Shown in pieces: positions 58,376 through 64,000 of a stretch of DNA of 64,000 nucleotides; positions within the stretch are counted from its first letter, which is position 1; each line of letters opens with the position of its first letter. A program made the position numbers and the translations under genes. Source of the stretch: Hyphomicrobiales bacterium (lineage in GTDB: Bacteria; Pseudomonadota; Alphaproteobacteria; Rhizobiales; TMED25); NCBI GenBank assembly GCA_029245795.1, contig JAQWOP010000014.1, positions 4,062 to 68,061 of the forward strand, given 5' to 3'. Under the pieces are notes generated by a model. The model was not told the origin of the DNA. It saw only the letters and a list, made by a program, of their open reading frames with translations, and did no database searches.

Positions 58376-59767
58376 ATGTTTGATGATTTTGTAGTAAAAG
58401 ATATATCTCTATCTAATTTTGGAGATAAAGAAATTGAATTGGCAAGAAATGAAATGCCTGGTTTAATGTCTTTGAGGAATGAGTATGTGAATGAAAAGCC
58501 ACTACTTGGAGCCAAGATTGTTGGTTGTCTTCATATGACAATACAAACAGCCGTATTAATAGAAACTCTAGTTCAACTCGGTGCAGAAGTAAGGTGGGCA
58601 TCCTGTAATATTTTTTCTACGCAGGATCATGCAGCAGCTGCAATTGCAAATATGGGTATCCCTATATTCGCCTTTAAAAATGAAACACTAGAAGAATACT
58701 GGGCATTTGTAGATAGAATCTTTGACTGGCCAAATGATAATCCAAACTTAATATTAGATGATGGAGGTGATGCATCTATTTATATTATACTGGGAGCGAG
58801 ATATGAATCCGATAAATCTGTGCTTAAAAATCCACAGAATGAAGAAGAGGAAATACTTTTCAAACAAATTAGAAAAAGATCAGAAAATGATCCAAACTGG
58901 TTTACTCAAATTCGAAATAAGATAATCGGGGTTACTGAAGAAACAACAACTGGAGTAAATAGATTACAAATGATGGAAGAAAAAGGAATCCTTCCTTTCC
59001 CAGCAATTAATGTAAATAACTCCGTAACAAAATCTAAATTTGATAATCTTTATGGTTGCAGAGAAAGCCTTATTGATGGAATAAGAAGGGCAACAGATAT
59101 AATGATTGCAGGTAAAATTGCAGTAGTTGCAGGATATGGTGATGTTGGTAAAGGTTGTTCATCATCACTAAAGGCTTCAGGTGCAAGAGTAATAATAACG
59201 GAAGTAGATCCGATTTGTGCGCTTCAAGCAGCTTTAGAAGGTTATGAAGTTAGAACGATGGAGGAAGTTGCTACAATCGCAGATATTTTTGTAACAGCAA
59301 CAGGAAATAAAGATATAATCACGCTTGATCATATGAGAGTTATGAAAGATAAAGCAATTGTTTGTAATATTGGTCATTTCGATGCTGAAATTCAAGTTTC
59401 AAAGCTTAAGAATTTTAAATGGACAAATATAAAGCCGCAAGTAGATGAGATAGAATTCCCAGATGGAAAGAAAATTCTTCTTCTAGCTGAAGGAAGGCTT
59501 GTCAATCTGGGATGTGCAACAGGTCATCCAAGCTTTATTATGAGTGCATCATTTACTAACCAAGTATTGGCACAAATTGAATTATGGAAAAACAAAGAAA
59601 AATATCAAAATCATGTATATATGCTCCCAAAACATCTAGATGAGAAAGTGGCCGCATTACATCTAAATAAACTTGATGTCCATCTAACAAAGCTAAATGA
59701 TGAACAGAGTGAATATATTGGGATAGATCTAGATGGTCCGTTTAAGCCAGACCATTATAGATATTAA
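58376..59767 (+). CDS. ahcY: Adenosylhomocysteinase
   Basis: VKDISL...[37 protein letters not shown] and [10 protein letters not shown] prefer the ATG at 58376 over the track TTG at 58355. Confidence 0.95.
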   Translation: MFDDFVVKDISLSNFGDKEIELARNEMPGLMSLRNEYVNEKPLLGAKIVGCLHMTIQTAVLIETLVQLGAEVRWASCNIFSTQDHAAAAIANMGIPIFAFKNETLEEYWAFVDRIFDWPNDNPNLILDDGGDASIYIILGARYESDKSVLKNPQNEEEEILFKQIRKRSENDPNWFTQIRNKIIGVTEETTTGVNRLQMMEEKGILPFPAINVNNSVTKSKFDNLYGCRESLIDGIRRATDIMIAGKIAVVAGYGDVGKGCSSSLKASGARVIITEVDPICALQAALEGYEVRTMEEVATIADIFVTATGNKDIITLDHMRVMKDKAIVCNIGHFDAEIQVSKLKNFKWTNIKPQVDEIEFPDGKKILLLAEGRLVNLGCATGHPSFIMSASFTNQVLAQIELWKNKEKYQNHVYMLPKHLDEKVAALHLNKLDVHLTKLNDEQSEYIGIDLDGPFKPDHYRY

Positions 59768-59864
59768 ATAATATAATTAGTGTCTTATTCTTTTAAAAAA
59801 AAAATTCATTCCATAAATTGAATTAATGTTAAACTTATCAAAAAAACTTTGATAAAATTTAATA

Positions 59865-61829
59865 ATGGAAAATATATCAATCTATCTTAGTGATTCAGAA
59901 AATCTGTATTATTTGATCTTTCTTTCCCTATTGATTTCAATATTTATAATAGCTTACAGAAAAAGAGATATAAATCTTTATTTGCTTTGTAAAAAATATC
60001 TCCAAAGATACTTTAATTTAATTAGAAATTATTTTACTGAATTAAAGTTAAGAAAATTAATTCTAAGTGACAAATATAAAATTCGCCAATCAGATAAGAT
60101 CTGTTGGGTGGTATTAGATAATAAAATAGTTGAAATAAATGAAAATTATTTAAATTTATGTAATAGTGAGAACCTTCAAGAAGTAATAAAGAATAATGAG
60201 CAGTTAATTCCAATTCAAGAACTTGAAAATAACTCAAATCTACCTTCAAAAAAAAGAGTAATCATTGGAGGTGAACAATATGTTTTCACAATTAAAAGAA
60301 TAAAAAAAAATAATTCCTATATTTATTCAGCAATAGATTGTACTGAAGAAGAGAATCATTATGGAATATTATCTAAACAAAATGAGTCCAATCTCCATTT
60401 GATGAATCAACTTACAGATCCAGTTACAATTTATGGGCAAGATGAATCACTCGTCTTTTTTAATATGTCATTTAAAATATTTTCATCTTTAGAAGAAAAT
60501 TATTTGGCAGAGAGACCAAATGAGTCCGAAATATTAGATAACTTAAGATATAAGAATCTTATCCCGACTCAGGTAAACTTTGCGGAATGGAAAAAAAAAC
60601 AGTTAGATATATATAAAACACTAGATAATAGAGAACAATGGTGGTACCTGCCAGATGGAAGAACTATCAGAGTAATATCACAACCAAATCCTATGGGTGG
60701 CGTAACCCATATATATGAAAATCATACTGATAGACTAGCTCTTGAGAACGAAACTAAACTTCTGAGTTCAATACAAAAACAAACAATTGATAATTTATCT
60801 GAGGGCATCGCACTATTTGGAACTGATGGAAAAGTTAAATTAATAAATCCTAAATTTATTGGATTATGGAATGTGAGAAAAAATATAGAGGGAATCCATA
60901 TAAAACAACTACTAAAAATTATAGGAGATGAAATAAATAAAGACCTATTTGATGATATTTATAGGAATGTAGTCTCATCAGGACTTACTAGGCGAGATCA
61001 CAGTGGGATCATCAATTATAGTAATGATAAAATCATATTTTATAAATCCTCTATATTACCGGATGGTTCAATTTTGTATACATTCACGGATATTACAGAT
61101 AGTTACAGAATAGAAGAAGCATTAAAAGAAAAAAATGATGCCCTCATACAAGCAGATAAGATTAAAACTATCTTTATGAATAATATTTCCTACGAACTTA
61201 GAGCCCCACTGCAAAATATTATTGGATTTTCAGAATTACTTGAAGATAAGATGTCAAAGGTTTCCAAAAAAGAACAGAGGAGTTACATATCGGATATTAA
61301 AAAATCTGGAAATGAACTCCATTATCAAATTAATCAAATTCTTGAAATAACCTCCTTAGAGTCAGGGAAAATATCCTTACAATATAAAAAAATACCTCAA
61401 AAAGAATTCGTAAATCTAATACAAGATGAATTAGATAAGCTAGATTTCCTAAATTATAATTTTAAATTAGTAACAAAAGATATACAAAATACTGCCAACA
61501 TTTATCTAGATACAAACTATATTCCAAGGATATTTACTGGCGTAATAAAATTATTTAATAAGAAAAATATTTCTAATGATTACAAAGAAATTAATATTAA
61601 ATTTGATATTGAATTTAAGAATAAAAATTATGTATTCATTTTCAATTTATTAGAGAAATTTGATGAGTTTGAATATCAATTAAGTGATGTTAATGATGAA
61701 TATATATATTCTCAAGGTGATATTGAAAGTACAATTATACAAAAATATATTGAGTATTTTAATGGAGAAATACAAATTAATAGCAAACAAAACCAAATCA
61801 TTGTTAAATTACCAAAAATGACCCCATGA
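59865..61829 (+). CDS. PAS-domain sensor kinase-like protein with Tyr in place of the phospho-accepting His (DivL-like)
   Basis: N-terminal TM and PAS-like repeats. The H-box reads FMNNISYELRAPLQNIIGFSELL, with Y where H is expected. I see no DxGxG / GxGxG ATP-lid motifs in the C-terminal domain. Confidence 0.6.
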   Translation: MENISIYLSDSENLYYLIFLSLLISIFIIAYRKRDINLYLLCKKYLQRYFNLIRNYFTELKLRKLILSDKYKIRQSDKICWVVLDNKIVEINENYLNLCNSENLQEVIKNNEQLIPIQELENNSNLPSKKRVIIGGEQYVFTIKRIKKNNSYIYSAIDCTEEENHYGILSKQNESNLHLMNQLTDPVTIYGQDESLVFFNMSFKIFSSLEENYLAERPNESEILDNLRYKNLIPTQVNFAEWKKKQLDIYKTLDNREQWWYLPDGRTIRVISQPNPMGGVTHIYENHTDRLALENETKLLSSIQKQTIDNLSEGIALFGTDGKVKLINPKFIGLWNVRKNIEGIHIKQLLKIIGDEINKDLFDDIYRNVVSSGLTRRDHSGIINYSNDKIIFYKSSILPDGSILYTFTDITDSYRIEEALKEKNDALIQADKIKTIFMNNISYELRAPLQNIIGFSELLEDKMSKVSKKEQRSYISDIKKSGNELHYQINQILEITSLESGKISLQYKKIPQKEFVNLIQDELDKLDFLNYNFKLVTKDIQNTANIYLDTNYIPRIFTGVIKLFNKKNISNDYKEINIKFDIEFKNKNYVFIFNLLEKFDEFEYQLSDVNDEYIYSQGDIESTIIQKYIEYFNGEIQINSKQNQIIVKLPKMTP

Positions 61830-63301
61830 TAAAAAATAAATATAAGATACATAATATAAAAGAATTAGAAGAGTTAGCTAAAACTATCTCCAGTAACCTT
61901 GAAAAAGGCGATATCATAGCATTAATTGGAGAAATTGGCTCTGGGAAGACAACCCTTTCAAAATTCTTGATTAATCAGTTAACCTCTATAGAAATTAACC
62001 AAATTAATAGTCCAACATTTAATCTATACCAATCATACAATAAGAATAACGTTCTGGTTAACCACTATGATTTCTATAGGATAGAAAAATATCAAGATCT
62101 TGATGAAATTGATTTAGAGGATTCATACAAAAATGGTATTACAATAATTGAATGGGCTGATAAATACATAAATGCTTTGACTCAGGACTATATTGAGATT
62201 CACCTTACAGAAAAACTTTCTTATAGAGAATATAAAATAACTCCCAAAGGAAAATTAAGAAAAAGAATTAAAAATATTAATTCCTTAGACAACTTTCTTA
62301 AGAAAACAAATTTAAAAATTAATAAATTAGAAGATATTTATGGGGATGCATCAAAAAGAAAATACTGCCGATTACACTTAGAAGATAAAACCCTTATATT
62401 GATGGATTCATCTCAAGAAAAAAAGAAAATTAACCCTACAAAATTATCAACTAGTATAAGTGATTATATCCACATATGTAAATATCTTGAAAAGATAAAT
62501 ATAAGGGTACCAGAATTATTTTATACTGATATAAAGAGAGAGTATCTGATTGAAGAAGATTTTGGTGATTTAAAATATTCTCATATCATCTCCAAAGAAA
62601 ATTTCAAAGAATTATACCAGCCAGCGATTGACACATTATTGCATATTTCTGAAATTCATCATCCAAATAATCTTGAGGTTAATGGTAAAACATATGATAT
62701 TCCAGAGTATGACAAAAAAATATACTTAAATGAAGTTGAAATATTCATTAAATTTTATTGGCCATTTATAAAAGGAACCATTTGCACATCTGCTATAGAA
62801 AAAGAATTTATGGATATATGGAATGAGTTACTTATCAAAATATCTTCAGATAAATCTCTTGTACTGAGAGATTTTCATTCCCCTAATTTAATGCTCTTAA
62901 AGGACGAAGAAAATCATAAAAAATGCGGGGTTATAGATTTTCAGGATGCCTTACTAGGACACCCAATTTATGATCTAGTTTCATTATGTCAGGATGCAAG
63001 GATTACAATCAGTGAAGAAGAGGAAACTTTCTTAATTGAGACCTATAAAAGCAAGTTTAATTTTAACAATTATCAATTTGATCGTTCAAATTTTATAGAC
63101 CATTATTGTATATTAGGCACACAAAGATCCATGAAAATATTGGGTATATTTGCTAGATTATCTATACTGGACTCTAGAAATGATTATCTCGTTCACATGC
63201 CTCGTGTTATCAATTATATTAAAAGAAATATGCAAAATAGTAATTTAAGTGATTTGTCTAAATGGTTAGATTTAAATTTTAAGGAGGAATTCTATGTTTG
63301 A
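61826..63301 (+). CDS. tsaE: Fusion protein: TsaE (t6A ATPase) N-terminal domain + aminoglycoside-phosphotransferase-fold kinase (AmgK-like) C-terminal domain
   Basis: TsaE motifs GEIGSGKTTL, SPTFNLYQSY, HYDFYRI and IIEWAD occupy the first ~150 aa. The APH-fold motifs LRDFHSPNLM and GVIDFQDALLGHPIYDLVSL are in the C-terminal 330 aa. Confidence 0.8.
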   Translation: MIKNKYKIHNIKELEELAKTISSNLEKGDIIALIGEIGSGKTTLSKFLINQLTSIEINQINSPTFNLYQSYNKNNVLVNHYDFYRIEKYQDLDEIDLEDSYKNGITIIEWADKYINALTQDYIEIHLTEKLSYREYKITPKGKLRKRIKNINSLDNFLKKTNLKINKLEDIYGDASKRKYCRLHLEDKTLILMDSSQEKKKINPTKLSTSISDYIHICKYLEKINIRVPELFYTDIKREYLIEEDFGDLKYSHIISKENFKELYQPAIDTLLHISEIHHPNNLEVNGKTYDIPEYDKKIYLNEVEIFIKFYWPFIKGTICTSAIEKEFMDIWNELLIKISSDKSLVLRDFHSPNLMLLKDEENHKKCGVIDFQDALLGHPIYDLVSLCQDARITISEEEETFLIETYKSKFNFNNYQFDRSNFIDHYCILGTQRSMKILGIFARLSILDSRNDYLVHMPRVINYIKRNMQNSNLSDLSKWLDLNFKEEFYV

Positions 63302-64000
63302 ATGCTTTTTCCCAAGGCCAAAAGTTTTCTTTTCTTCAGCAATAATTTGGATTGTCTTATCAACTGTAATCTGGTTTTGGCTAGGAGAAAATATTGCTTC
63401 ATTAATTGGACTAAGTATTACAGAGAGTTCTGAACCCATAATAGGCCTTAAATATTTTGTTACGACAAAGTTTATTTGGTTTTATATTTACTACTTATTA
63501 TCTACCCTTATTTTTGCATCTTTCTGGTTTAAATATTCTCCTCATAGATGGCAATACTGGTCAATCCTAGGCTCCTCATTAATAATATTTTCGACATATT
63601 TTGGTGTCCAAGTTATGGTTGCTATAAACAACTGGAGAAGACCTTTTTTTGACTCTATTCAATCTGCTCTTGGTGGAGAGAGTAATATTGTATCTGAAGA
63701 TTTGTATATATTGATGTTAATCTTTGCTCAGATTGCATTTATTTCTTTAGCTGTTTTTGTTTTAACAAGATTTTTTGTTAGCCACTACATTTTCCGTTGG
63801 CGAACTGCGATGAATTTTTATTACACAAATCATTGGCAAAAATTACGAAATGTTGAAGGTGCAGCTCAGCGTGTTCAGGAAGATACTATGAGATTTGCTT
63901 CAATTATGGAGGGTTTGGGCGTCTCTATAATTGATGCAGTTATGACTCTAATTGCATTCCTCCCTGTTCTCTTAGCTCTATCTGAGTATGTAACAGTTTT
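63294..64000 (+). CDS. sbmA: SbmA/BacA-family peptide transporter (partial, continues beyond the window)
   Basis: Not in the ORF track because there is no stop in the window. AAGGAGG RBS, then ATG at 63294. MFECFFPRPKVFF..., YSPHRWQYWSILG, FFVSHYIFRWRTAMN and EGAAQRVQEDTMRFAS closely match E. coli SbmA as I recall it. Confidence 0.9.
   Translation, partial: MFECFFPRPKVFFSSAIIWIVLSTVIWFWLGENIASLIGLSITESSEPIIGLKYFVTTKFIWFYIYYLLSTLIFASFWFKYSPHRWQYWSILGSSLIIFSTYFGVQVMVAINNWRRPFFDSIQSALGGESNIVSEDLYILMLIFAQIAFISLAVFVLTRFFVSHYIFRWRTAMNFYYTNHWQKLRNVEGAAQRVQEDTMRFASIMEGLGVSIIDAVMTLIAFLPVLLALSEYVTV

Overview
AT-rich (about 30% GC by eye), densely packed chromosomal segment. It probably comes from a streamlined marine alphaproteobacterium, Pelagibacterales-like or a neighbouring lineage. 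That placement is inferred from pckA / chvI-chvG / ahcY synteny, a DivL-type kinase, dapF-mtaB-ftsY, a GTTC-N7-GTTC SOS box and overall gene content. I support about 62 CDS, 3 tRNAs (Arg-ACG, initiator Met, Arg-TCG), one compact cobalamin riboswitch, and a few hairpins and promoter-like sites. I saw no transposases, integrases, phage genes, CRISPR arrays or rRNA.

Layout:
- 1-13 kb: mixed housekeeping and small accessory genes (typA, csp, CNNM/TlyC, cupins, and riboswitch-cbtB-cbtA-tauE-like).
- 13-37 kb: a large block of uncharacterised catabolic genes. It holds a 2-oxoacid dehydrogenase E1a/E1b/E2, an M24 creatinase-like enzyme, two ThDP enzymes, a cyclase, a hydrolase, an acyl-CoA dehydrogenase, a GST, a Pot-type ABC importer, an ACMSD-type decarboxylase and a thiolase-like/DUF35 pair.
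- 37-44.5 kb: core genes (trmD, rpsP, ffh, dapF, mtaB, ftsY).
- 44.5-51.4 kb: a small stress/accessory patch. It holds MarR, a Y-family polymerase with a putative LexA box, SMR, MFS, two tandem paralogous mini membrane proteins and an orphan ABC ATPase.
- 51.5-64 kb: core genes (polA, pckA, chvI/chvG-like, ahcY, DivL-like, TsaE-kinase fusion, sbmA/bacA-like).

The most unusual items:
- The tandem small-membrane-protein cassette with a 13-bp perfect intercistronic hairpin.
- The two uncharacterised catabolic clusters.
- The riboswitch-cbtBA-tauE arrangement.
- The putatively SOS-boxed Y-family polymerase with a divergent small ORF.
- The DivL-like pseudo-kinase.

All family assignments come from reading motifs by eye. 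No database search was run.
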